DNA from: Eledone cirrhosa
Lineage: Eukaryota
Assembly (NCBI GenBank): GCA_964016885.1
Contig: OZ024741.1
Location: 133,362,001-133,426,000 of the forward strand
Length of the DNA stretch: 64,000 nucleotides
Reading direction: 5' to 3'
The translations under genes and the position numbers were made by a program. This document shows, in pieces, positions 14,768-26,057 of the stretch. The notes beneath the pieces were generated by a model that searched no databases, had not been told where the DNA came from, and was given only the letters and a program-made list of their open reading frames with translations. The stretch's first letter is position 1, and each line of letters opens with the position of its first letter.

Positions 14768-15256
14768 TGCTATCGCAATATACCACGCCCACACCGCAAC
14801 AGTACTACCACAACACCATACGACTACAACACGACATAAACAATAACATCATAATCACACCACCACACTACTACAATCCTTCATCATCATACTACAGAAC
14901 ACCACCACAACATCACACAGTCACATGACCGACCACACCCAAAATCACACCATCACACAACTACTGTCATATGACCACACGACACCACTATAAACCCCAT
15001 CATATAACCATACGAGGCTACAACACTACCACACCACACCACCACACTATCACATGATCACACGACATCACCCCGCAACCACACCACTGACCAGCACCAA
15101 ATACCAATATCTCTAATAGAATAATTTATCGAACATTTTCAGTTGGGAGATGAATTAACATAAAAACCAAAGAAATATATAAATAAATAAGAATTGGTAT
15201 CCATATCGTTATGAGTGAGTCACTAGTAAGTATTTCATGTTATATTAATGAAGTTG

Positions 15257-15680
15257 AAGGCGCGTGGCTTACTGGTTAGATCGTTGGGGTTACAATCGTC
15301 AGGTTGTGAGTTTGATGCCCGGACCAAACTGTTTTGTGTCCTTGAGTAAGACACTTTATTTCACATTACTCTAGTTTTTTCAGCTGTACAAATGAGTTAC
15401 CACGTTACTGGTGCTGTATTGGCGTTTCCCTTGGACAATATCATATATAGTATGTATATAATCTATATAGTATATACATGAGTTGTGACGTCACTGGTGC
15501 CAAGCTACGTCGACCTTTGCCTTTTCCTTGGACAACATTGGTGGCGTGGAGAGGGGAGACTGGTATGCATGGATGACTGTTGCTGGTCTTCCGCAAAAAG
15601 ACCTTTCCTAGATTTGTGTGCCTGGGAGGGAGAACTTTCTGGGTGCAACACCCATGGTCATTCGTGACCGAAAAGTCTTT
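15257..15680 (+). mobile_element. tRNA-derived SINE
   Basis: A box TGGCTTACTGG, B box GAGTTTGATGCCC, core gtccttgagtaagacactttatttcac shared with the 50633 and 59944 copies. Confidence 0.7.
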
Positions 15681-15991
15681 AACTACCTATTAATGAATTA
15701 TGGTGGTGGATTGGCAGAATCGTTAACGCGTAGAACTTTTTCGATATGTTTTCCTGCTCTTTACTTTCTGGGTTCAAATCCCGCCGAAGCCAACTTTGCA
15801 ATTCATTCTTCTAGGGTCGATAAAATAAAGTACCAGGATCGATGTAAAGATAAAGTTGACCTCAGCGGGATTTGAACTCAGAACGTAATGTGCCTGAACA
15901 TTATACTGCTAAGTATTTACCCCACACTCTAACGATTCTGCCAATTCATCGCTTTTTAAAGGTTTCTAATTTTGGCACAAGGCCAGCAATT

Positions 15992-16051
<60 letters not shown>

Positions 16052-16715
16052 CGCGTGCGGGGGGTTACTCAATTATATCGACCCTAGTATTATTATTTTT
16101 CAACTTTGGAAGGTAAAGTTGATCTCGGCTATGCATTTGTCTGACGTTCTAACGACTCAGTTAATTGCCACGCACACACACGCGCATGTGAATGAAGTGT
16201 AGATGAGGAGAATGATGGAAGTTAAGATGACTATACATTGACTTCAGGGAAGCGTATAGTGATAAGAGAAGGGAGGAAGAGGAGGAGGGGTGGGTTAACA
16301 GGATGAGAGACAAGAATTATATGTTATTATTACATAGTTAACCTGGTAATGTGGTACAAAATGATACGAAGTGGGGTTAGGTAGGCAGGAAATGGAGATT
16401 GAGGAGAAGGAGCTCGTGGAAAAAAGCAATCATCAAAAAACCAAGTGTCAATTTTTCGCTGTAATAACTCATGGAAATCTAAAAATACTTAAGGTGCAAG
16501 ATTTGATGTGGGTGCCTAAGGGAAAGTATAAATGGAGAATAAAGGTCACGCAGGCAAGAGTTCAGGGTAATGAGGCAGATACAAGATTACAACTTGAACC
16601 TGTACCTGAGTAGTAAACGCTTTTGGCTAGCTTTACAATATGCGCCTCCTTCTCTACATATTTTGTAGCGTAGTGCAATAATATATATATATACGAGTAT
16701 ATATATATATATATA

Positions 16716-16871
16716 CAGTAAAAGTCCGTTATAACGAAATTCACCGAGTATTAAAAATTCGTTGTAACGAAAAATTCTTTATAACGAGATCGACCTAACA
16801 CATTGAGCGTGTAGCCGGGGATTGAAAAATTTCGTTATACTGAAAAATTCGTTATAACGGAATTTTACTTG
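16716..16871. mobile_element. Tc1/mariner (pogo/Tigger-type) MITE
   Basis: TIRs CAGTAAAAGTCCGTTATAACGAA / TTCGTTATAACGGAATTTTACTTG flanked by TA, with internal cgttataacg subrepeats. Confidence 0.75.
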
Positions 16872-17257
16872 TATATTAGAGAGTCGGAGACCAACGGCTG
16901 AGCTCTTGCTATTTCGACATCTATCTATCTATCTATCTATCGGATGACCCTGTGATAAACAGGCGAAACTCCAGTGTAAGAAGACACACTATTTAGCCTA
17001 TTAAAATGTTCGGTATTGAGTACTCCTTTCTCTCAGCTGTCAACCACATACGGATATATATAAACTTGTACATATGTGTGTGCATGTCTTAGTTATGTCT
17101 ATGTGTAACAGGTGTTTTTTTTTCCCCTTTTAATTTTGTGGCATGAGTCACTGCGCACTATTATATGGCTGAGCGACATCCACTCCAAAACTTACACATG
17201 TCAACCAATTCAACCACCACCTGCGGCATTTTCATCACCACCATCACTACTAGTAGT

Positions 17258-17335
17258 GATACTACTACTGCTGCTGCTGCTGCTGCTACTGCTACTACTA
17301 CTACTGCTACTCCTACTACTGCTACTACTACTGCA

Positions 17336-17386
<51 letters not shown>
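17258..17386. repeat. (CTA/CTG)n trinucleotide microsatellite
   Basis: Directly visible. Confidence 0.9.
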
Positions 17387-17389
<3 letters not shown>

Positions 17390-17503
17390 CGTGCGTCCGT
17401 TAAAGTCACCACATCACAGCACAACACCAACCACCAGAATATCTGATGACGTGATGATTTATTTAGAGAATAGATACTTTCTATAATTGTGTATTACTAT
17501 TCA

Positions 17504-17605
<102 letters not shown>

Positions 17606-17664
17606 ACGTACATACATATATGTATACAGACGTACAGTAGTATGTATATATATATATATATATA

Positions 17665-17933
17665 TACGATATTAAATAAATGGAAACTATATTTATAAAA
17701 CCATATTTATTTCATTATATATATTTCAGGGATATCATATTAACAATATGTTATGCCTTCCTCAGACAAAATACAATATAGACAGTTTTATAGATAAATA
17801 GATTTGACATACCGTTCAACATCGACTTTTGTCTGAGGAAGGCATAACATATTGTTAATATGATATCCCTGAAATATATATAATGAAATAAATATGGTTT
17901 TATAAATATAGTTTCCATTTATTTAATATCGTA
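17665..17933. repeat. Perfect 107-bp inverted repeat (17665-17771 / 17827-17933) carrying a hammerhead in each arm
   Basis: The arms are reverse complements with a 55-nt spacer; the element is flanked by (TA)n. Confidence 0.9.
17827..17888 (+). ncRNA. Minimal type I hammerhead ribozyme (mirror copy at 17710-17771 on the - strand)
   Basis: ttttgt-CTGAGGA-agg...cct-GAAA-TATATA-TA-atgaaa. Palindromic stem III ATATATAT. Confidence 0.7.
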
Positions 17934-18165
17934 AATATACTCCAAATACTTGTTGAGTGCTTTTATATCAGTTATAAATATTTACTAGTTGTAACCCAAC
18001 AATTTAAATATAACTTTCCATATATATATATATATATATATATGTACGTATGGATTCACCGAACATTTATTATAATGCTCGGTGTGTTTGTAAACAAACA
18101 TCCCGTATTAAGCCGTACAGTGTCTAGCAACCATCGTTGCTCATTTGTTCAACACTGACAAAGGA

Positions 18166-18208
18166 ACGCTGTACTAGTTTCAAGCTTATTAGCTATCATC
18201 AGCAACGT
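18166..18208 (-). ncRNA. Minimal type I hammerhead ribozyme, GUA triplet
   Basis: Minus strand: acgttg-CTGATGA-t-AGCT aata AGCT-t-GAAA-CTAG-TA-cagcgt. Palindromic stem III ACTAGT. Confidence 0.85.
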
Positions 18209-18398
18209 ATACCTTCCTGCCAGATGATTGAACGTCTGAAAGTATATACTTTCCTTATGCATATTAACGGCTGAGCAGCCTAATTTGCATATCGAGTGAA
18301 AAATTTGCATATAGTGAAAACTGGAACGGGAACAAAACAGAGAGGCAGTACGAACAAAGGTTTATTAGTTTCACGCTCTTGAGAGTGGGGGTGGTGGG

Positions 18399-18433
18399 GA
18401 CGACGTTTCGGGCATAAGCCCTTCTTCAGGCGA
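18399..18433 (-). ncRNA. Minimal hammerhead motif with eroded stem I
   Basis: Minus strand: cgc-CTGAAGA-A-GGGC ttat GCCC-GAAA-CGTC. Confidence 0.6.
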
Positions 18434-18673
18434 AAAGTGTGTGGGAAGAGAGTTCCAAGGGTGTGTAGGGGAATGGGGAGAGGCATTTAGAAAAAAAAGG
18501 GGGGGGGGGGGCGAAGGAAAAACGGTGGAAGGGGTACAAATAAAAAAAAAAAATAAAAAAAATATATATATATATATACAAGTGGAAGCTTGCTGTGGCC
18601 AAGCAAAATCGACCTACAATTAAGAATGAGTAGCAAAGCAGCACTCAAAATGGTAGGACCTCAGAGTAATAAC

Positions 18674-18713
<40 letters not shown>

Positions 18714-18732
18714 GTTATTACTCTGAGGTCCT

Positions 18733-18812
18733 ACCATTTCGTCCGACGAACGAATAAAGACGTTTCTTTCGTATTCGTCTTATTCGGGAAACCTCTGGAA
18801 TGAGGTAATTAT
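18733..18812 (+). ncRNA. Hammerhead-like motif (core CCGACGA) with long stem II, beside a 29-bp inverted repeat around (TA)n
   Basis: CCGACGA-a-CGAATA a AGACG...CGTCT TATTCG-g-GAAA-CCTC tggaat GAGG-TA. Stems II and III are good; stem I is poor. Confidence 0.5.
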
Positions 18813-18909
18813 ATTGTATTGTTTTTTATACATTAAATTTTGCTCTGGTACTTACATAGAGCACTCTTCACTCCTATGACTTTTTCAATTTTCAACGGAA
18901 ACTTCAATA

Positions 18910-19011
<102 letters not shown>

Positions 19012-20038
19012 TTATTATTAATATTGCACTCTACTTATGAAGGAAACCGACCATAGTATAACTACTAATTGTATAATCGACCCCGTAAGGATGAAAGGCA
19101 AATTTAACCTCGGCGGGTATTATAATAATGCCATGTGCTATACAGTACTTAAACGAACCCACCTACGCAGCGTATGCTGAAGTTGAAGGGGTGTGTATAT
19201 GTGTACTTTGTGTTTTGGTCGACGTACGCCTGCGGACATATGTGTATTTACATGTAGGTATGTGTGTGCGCGTGTTATATACCTTTATTTAATTATATGT
19301 ATACACGCACACACGCATATATATATATATATTTTATATATTTTTTTTGTGTATTTGGTGTATACGTTCGTATGTGTGTGGGTACAGGCGTTGCGTGGGT
19401 TCTGTATATGCGTGCGGTTTTTTTTGTGTACGTGTGTTTTCGCGTATGCTTGTGTATGTACGTATATGGATGCGTGTATGTATTTATTTAATTTCAATTA
19501 CCTCTGTATTTTATTTACTTTATTCTTAACTCTGAAGCCCAGAATCATTCGGTTTCTTAGTTAGAATTTTAGTCTACGATTTTAGTTATACCATTTACGT
19601 GGTTTTGTCTTTGCGTGCAATTGTTCTCACTGATCCATATAATGACGTATTATCTCCGTTTTTTCCATTTATTTCCAGAGGACGTCTCCTTGAACCACCT
19701 AATAGAATATTAGTCTACGACTTCATTTATACCATAAACGTGGTTTTGTCTTTGCGTGTAATTGTTTTCACCGCTCCAAATAATTCTTTCTACTTTAGGC
19801 ACAAGGCCAGCAATTATCCAGTGCATTACTGGTACTTTATTTTATCGACCTCGTAAGGATGAAAGGCAACGTCAACCTCTTCCACGAACCAAAGTATCGT
19901 CTTCCTGTCTTCCTCCGGTTGCAACGTTTTTTGAAATATTTACTTCTGAGTTCACAGATTGACTTTTTAGGTTTCAGAAGATCCCGTTAAGGGTGAAAGC
20001 AGCGATTCTTTGCTTAAACTTTAATCTGTTATTTTAAT

Positions 20039-20071
<33 letters not shown>

Positions 20072-20239
20072 TAAGAATATTAATAAATGGAAAATATCTT
20101 TATAAAACCATATTTATGTTATTATACGTATTTCAAGGGTACTAATATTTAAGTACGCTTTCATCACATACAATAAAATATTTGTTGTTAAGATAGTGAC
20201 ATATCTTCATGTGAACTTAATTGTATAAGCCCAATGAAG

Positions 20240-20320
<81 letters not shown>

Positions 20321-20406
20321 CAGTGTTGCTATTATTGGGTATAGACTCAACCAGAGGGTTTAAAGCTCAATACAATAGGGTTCATGCAGAGCTGGTGTTT
20401 CTTATT

Positions 20407-20486
<80 letters not shown>

Positions 20487-20490
<4 letters not shown>

Positions 20491-20855
20491 GAAAAAGTGG
20501 AGAATAACATGGTCAACAGTACAAAAAAGGAGATTTATTTACAGTCTAACAGTTGTTTCACTGATAGAGTTGTCTAAAAATTGCTAAACACTGAAAGTAG
20601 TGCCACGCAATTTAAATACATGTTGGCATATCTTCAGAGACTGAGAAAAAATATAAATATATGCATAACCGGCAAATTTACAAATTTTTTCTCAGTCTCT
20701 GAAGATATGATGATGCCAACATGTATTTTAAATTGCGTGGCACTACTTTCAGTGTTTAGCAATTTTTAGACAACTCTATCAGTGAAACAACTGTTAGACT
20801 GTAAATAAATCTCCTTTTTTGTACTGTTGACCATGTTATTTTCCACTTTTTCAAT
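20487..20855. repeat. ~165-bp inverted repeat (foldback) between (TA)n tracts, containing a hammerhead
   Basis: 20487-20651 is the reverse complement of 20685-20855 apart from small indels. Confidence 0.9.
20693..20801 (+). ncRNA. Type I hammerhead with a large branched stem II (mirror copy at 20542-20643, with a 6-nt deletion)
   Basis: cagtct-CTGAAGA-t-aTGATG...(tgcca/tggca hairpin)...TATCAg-t-GAAA-CAacTG-TT-agactg. Perfect 6-bp stem I. Confidence 0.6.
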
Positions 20856-21017
20856 GTTATTATTCCAAGATAACTTACATAGGAATACAAGTGAAATCAT
20901 AAACTCGTCATCTATGTTCACCACTTGTTGAGTCATACAACGTCGTACGCTAAAACTATCCATGATAAGAAGTATTCACAACCTCTAATTTGATTACCTA
21001 TAACGATATCTTGTTAT

Positions 21018-21088
<71 letters not shown>

Positions 21089-21090
<2 letters not shown>

Positions 21091-21700
21091 CACTGATGAA
21101 GGACTCATTTTATTCATATGTAACCCATCTGCAACCACGCAGCACGCCATTTTTTCATATTTTTTATATTTATATATTTTCCTCCACTGTGACCCGTCTG
21201 TTTCTTTCTTACTGCTTCCCCTTTCTCTGTATCTCTCACTTTCTTTTTACCCCCTCTGCCAGTCACTCTCTCTGTTAGCCTCTTCCTCACACTTTCACTC
21301 ACTCACTCTCTGCTACTCCCACTCCATCACTTCCTCCAATTTGACCTGTGCGAAATTCTTTCCTTGCTCACATTTCGACCAGGTTGGATGGTCTTTATTC
21401 TCTCGTCCACGATTTCACAGAACTTATGTTCATCGATTTCAGGGACTTGACTCCTTCTTCCTCACTTTTCGTTGCATTATCATTTTTGTTTGTTTACTGT
21501 CTCGCTCGTTCCCCCTATTTACGTGTCCCAACGACTTTCTTTAGTCGTTGCTCGCACCAACCAGAGGTATATGGTCTTTAAAGCGATGAAATACTAATGA
21601 AGGCTGGAAGATCACTGATGAAGGATTCATTTTATTCATATGTAACCCATTAGCAACCACGCAGCACGCCATTTTTCATATTTTTCATATATATATTTAA
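21089..21700 (+). mobile_element. Non-coding unit with 522-nt period and a ~90-nt terminal direct repeat between (TA)n tracts (pLTR-like; only half of a hammerhead core)
   Basis: atcactgatgaagga...gccattttt at both 21089 and 21611. Confidence 0.55.
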
Positions 21701-22526
21701 GTCGTTTGGAAGCCTCGACAATGCAAATGGGTAAATCTCCGGGTAACAAGGTCCGGTGGTGGAGAGAGAGAGATAGATGTAAGTGGGTGTACGTTGAAAT
21801 GCGCGATGTGTATAAGATGTGTGAGATGTGTAGAATGAAGGGAAGAGTATAAAGGATAAAAATAAAAATAACAACACAAGAGAGAGTTACCTTGGGAGAG
21901 ATTTAATAGTCCCTATATATTTCGGATTCACATCCATCAACTGGGGTTTTTTTCCGGGGTGGGGGAAAAGGTTGTCTGTCGGACAACTCGGAACGCGTCT
22001 TTCGCTGTTTGTTGATTTGAATATCTGAGGTATTCGGCAGAGCGCGCGTGCGCGTGAAATGGGGTCGGTCGTACAGAGGTCAGCGGCCGAATATGGGAGT
22101 GGGATGGCGCTAGCTGTCAATCCATTCTCTGCCTGTTTGTTAAATGTTACTGTGTGTGTGTGCGTGTGTTGTTGTCTCGCTTGAGTGTGTGTGTGTGTGT
22201 GTGTTGTTGCCTTGTTCATCTGTATTGGCAGTGTAGTATGTTCGTATGGTGGAATGCTACTGTGTGTGTGTGCGCGTGTGTGTGTAGTTGTCTCGTTTGC
22301 GTGTGTGTGTGTGTGTGTGTGTGCGTGTGTTGTGTTGTTGCATCGCTTGTTAACTTAAACCAGCCATTTCATTTCGCTTCTCTCTGATCGGTTGTTTATT
22401 TGCGGTTGCAGTCGTTTGATAAAAAGCGCTTCCTTGATACGTAACGTGCCGACGTTTCTTTCAGTCGCTAGAATTGTGACAATGGGCCTTCCGTCTTTGT
22501 TTCCGCATTTGTCTATGTGTTTCCGG

Positions 22527-22564
<38 letters not shown>

Positions 22565-22566
<2 letters not shown>

Positions 22567-23297
22567 TAGCAGAATGGCTCGGCGTTGCTCGGGATTTGCT
22601 ATAGGGTTCTTATATATTTGATATATATTTATCCTTATTGAACCTCGTGAATAAATACGTTTGTTTATATTTTGTTATTGTGTATGCAAAAATATCTGTC
22701 CATAAATATATAATTATATATATATATATATTAAAATAACAGACTAAAGTTTAAGCAAAGAATCACTGCTTTCACCCTTAACGGGATATTCTACCTAAAA
22801 GCAGTATGCAGTACACTAAGACTAATTGATGTAATCTTTGGCCTTGTTTGTTTATATTTTGTTTTTGTGTATGCAAAAATATCTGTACACGAATATCTAT
22901 ATTAAAATAACATATTAATGTTTAAGCAAAGAATCGCTGCTTTCAACCTTAACGGGATCTTCTTAAACTAAAAAAATCAATCTGGAAAACAGGAAGACGA
23001 TACTTTGGTTCGTGAAGACGTTCCCTGACATAAGAATATATACACACACACACACACTGATCGCGTCATAATGACGTAATGCAGACAGTCAGGCATACAG
23101 ACAGATATTATGAAGGCGCGACGTCATATCTATGTATCTATCTAAAAAGAGAAAGACTAAGAGAAAGAGAAAGAGATCGCTAAATCGCCTAATGCGGTCC
23201 ATAGGGCATTGAAAATTTGTTACATGTATAAAGTTTGAAAAAAACCGGTTGGGTACTTCTCGAGTTTTAGGAAAACAGACACACAGACATCCTCTGT

Positions 23298-23310
<13 letters not shown>
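22565..23310 (-). mobile_element. Non-autonomous Helitron-like element
   Basis: The minus-strand end has a GC hairpin (cccgagcaacgccgag) followed by CTAG|T. Internal segments are shared with 19880-20030 and 48410-48550. Confidence 0.55.
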
Positions 23311-23358
<48 letters not shown>

Positions 23359-23365
<7 letters not shown>

Positions 23366-23936
23366 CAAATAACGAAACAAAATTAAATTTTGTTTCGTTT
23401 GTAACTCACTTTTGTATGACTGACGCTTAAACAATTAAGTTAAAAATGTACATCCACATATGTATACTGAAATACTAGTATGCATATGAATACACACACG
23501 TGAGTTACAAACGAAACAAAATTTAATTTTGTTTCGTTATTTGTTTTTATCGTCTCCGCTGAACCGGTACGTACTCACGCTCTATGCAAATTAGTCTGCC
23601 CACTACTAATTTTCATAGAAAAAGCATATAACGATATGTGCTTTTACGATTCTCTAGAAAGGCCGGAAGATAGGTAAATATTGCTGATGAGATGTAACAA
23701 CATCGAAACTAGTCCAATATTCCTTGTCTGGCTTTCTGGAGAATAGAGGAAAGGTGTTTCCTCGAAAACCAGTATGACTCTAAAAACCGGTTTGTCTGTG
23801 TGTTTACATACAGAATAGCTGGACACTCACAGTAAAGTGTCCAGTGAAAAACTCGGTACATCTACATATGTACACGTGTGTGTATTCATATGCATACTAG
23901 TATTTCAGTATACATATGTGGATGTACATTTTTAAC

Positions 23937-23942
<6 letters not shown>
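23359..23942 (+). mobile_element. Non-coding hammerhead-bearing unit with an inverted segment spanning its head-to-tail junction, inserted in (TA)n
   Basis: 23359-23409 is the reverse complement of 23500-23550, and 23433-23502 is the reverse complement of 23873-23942. Confidence 0.75.
23677..23721 (+). ncRNA. Minimal type I hammerhead ribozyme, predicted cleavage after GUC at 23714
   Basis: aatattg-CTGATGA-GATGT aaca ACATC-GAAA-CTAG-TC-caatatt. Perfect 7-bp stem I, 5-bp stem II, palindromic stem III ACTAGT. Confidence 0.9.
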
Positions 23943-23974
<32 letters not shown>

Positions 23975-23976
<2 letters not shown>

Positions 23977-26022
23977 TTTACGTATCGAGAAAGAGAGAAA
24001 AAGGAGGGATAGGTGATACATATAGTTATTTGCCAAGTAGCGTATGCCAAAGGTGCTCGATACTAGTGCCGGCAGTATTAAATATTCGAAGTGTTAATAT
24101 TTAGTGGGCTAGAGAGTTAGCAGAGCGTAAGCACGTGGGAAAGTAAAAAATCGGAGAATAGACCGTTAAAACATGTTTATTTAAAATATCACCTACGTAC
24201 GTTTCGCCCAGTTGGGCTTCTCAAGGGCATAAATAATCACAAGTGTTCCTTATATAGTTCGGAAAGAGTTTTGGGGGTTAAATCTACATCAAGATTCATT
24301 GCTTGCAAAAATATCTTGTTTTGATTTTGCAGCAGGTCAAGGGAGGTAACTCTAGCCGGTGTTAGGGCAGTCTTTCCCGGATAATTTTTTTTTTTTTTTT
24401 TTTTGCCGCATCCGTTTGTCTGAGGCTGGGTCTGGTATGCAAGGATTGTTTTCTGGGTGTTATTTTGCTGCGCCTGCCCGCCGGGGTGTTAAGACTTGTT
24501 GCAGGGAGATCCAGTGTACTATTTCACTCTTCATTCTTAACCCATCTAAAGAAGGATATTTTTAAGCGATGTGTACAACTTATCGCTGTTTCAGCTCTGC
24601 TGTTGATGAGCTCGTGGGGTGCAGTTATGATGTGGTAGAGCTCCATGAGGCAAAGATCGCATTTCCTCTTGAAGCTGTACGGTGCAGCCCTGCCGAAATC
24701 TCCCAGTGCGTGGAGAAGCTGATGTTTAAGTCCTTTAGTGATGTGATGTAGTCCGCGAGCGAAGTGGAGTGCCTTAGTTTTCTATTTGTGAAAGAGTGGA
24801 GATGTGTTCGAAACCTAATTTTGAACGGGCCGGAGGTGGCCCCTATATAATGTTTAACGCTATTGTGGCTAGTAATAGTGCATCTATATATAACCCTATC
24901 AGTCAAGCAGTATCCTCTAAGGGGGCAGCGTCCTCTGTCGCGGCAGTTGCAATTTCTGTCGCGGTTCCGTCTATTTCCCACGGTAAGGCTATCATTGTTG
25001 CTGCCTACGTTGTTACCTACGCTACCGCAGCTGTCGTTAGCACAATTACAACCCACAGCACGCGGGATGGTGCGATTGTTATTCCGCACGTCATGTTCTG
25101 CATGTTCCCCAGTCACTTCGCGGTCATTCTGGTTGCGTCTGCGGATGCCGTTGCCAACACTATTGGATGCTGTCAGGGAGTTGTTAAGGCCGATATAGTT
25201 ATTGTCAGGTGTAGGTGCGTCTGTGTCGAGGTGCTGTGTCTTGGTGATCTTACTGTGGTTCGTTGTTCCTATGATGTCTGCTAGGTTAGGAGTAGTAGAG
25301 AAGGATATTTTTATATTGTTCCTATTAAGAATTTTTCTATACCTATGGTTGGGTGGGAAGTTCTTCTCTAAGGCTTCGAAGAATATCCGGGATATGTTGG
25401 AGGCCACACTTCGAGAGTAGGGGGTGGTGGAACCATAGGACGTTACGGTAGCGATTACGTGTCCTTGTACTTTTGCTACGGGTGGTTCCATCTAAGTGAT
25501 CGCTCTTATGTGTGTTAATGCGCTGTCGCCCGTTCGGTGCCCCTTTCACTTTATGCTCGAGTGCACTCTTTCTACCTCTTCCATGTTTATGTACACGAAG
25601 ATGTTGGTTGGAAGGCGTTGGTAGTAGGCCGTCGCCTTTGTTGGTTTTGTAATAGGGGAATAGTTTGAGTAATCTACAGTATTCCCCGTCGCCGGGGACG
25701 TGATCTTTGGTGCGGTTATCTATTCTATTATATCCGACTTTAACGATGTCGCCGCGTGATCGGTTATAGCTATGGCTTACTATAACGTTAGTTTTATGAG
25801 GGGGGGGGGGGGGGGTTAGAGCTAGCGTTAGGGATGTAGGAAATTCCTCGGTTAAAGCCGGCGCTTATCAGGGCCCTATTGTAGTAATCAGCCGCTTGGT
25901 TGAAGATATCCTCATTGGCGGATAGCATCGAGATTCTATGTGAGATACTATAGACTATGGAGTTGAGAATCTGCTTAGGGTGGTTGGAGGCATAATTAAT
26001 ATAAGAGAGGCACTCTCCAGGC
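23975..26022 (-). mobile_element. 5'-truncated Penelope-like element (Neptune-type): RT thumb/linker, Cys-rich region and GIY-YIG endonuclease, frameshifted
   Basis: YINYASNHPKQILNSI...RISMLSANEDIFNQAADYYNRAL (~25830-26020), WF-xx-PYSRSVASNI, CNCRDRGRCPLRGYCLTDRVIY...HYIGATSGPFKIRFRTH (ORF 24625-25491). (TA)n on both sides. Confidence 0.9.
24190..24230 (-). ncRNA. Hammerhead-like motif with atypical core in the 3' pLTR region of the Penelope element
   Basis: Minus strand: tgcc-CTTGAGAA-GCCC aact GGGC-GAAA-CGTACG-TA-ggtg. Palindromic stem III ACGTACGT. Confidence 0.55.
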
Positions 26023-26057
<35 letters not shown>

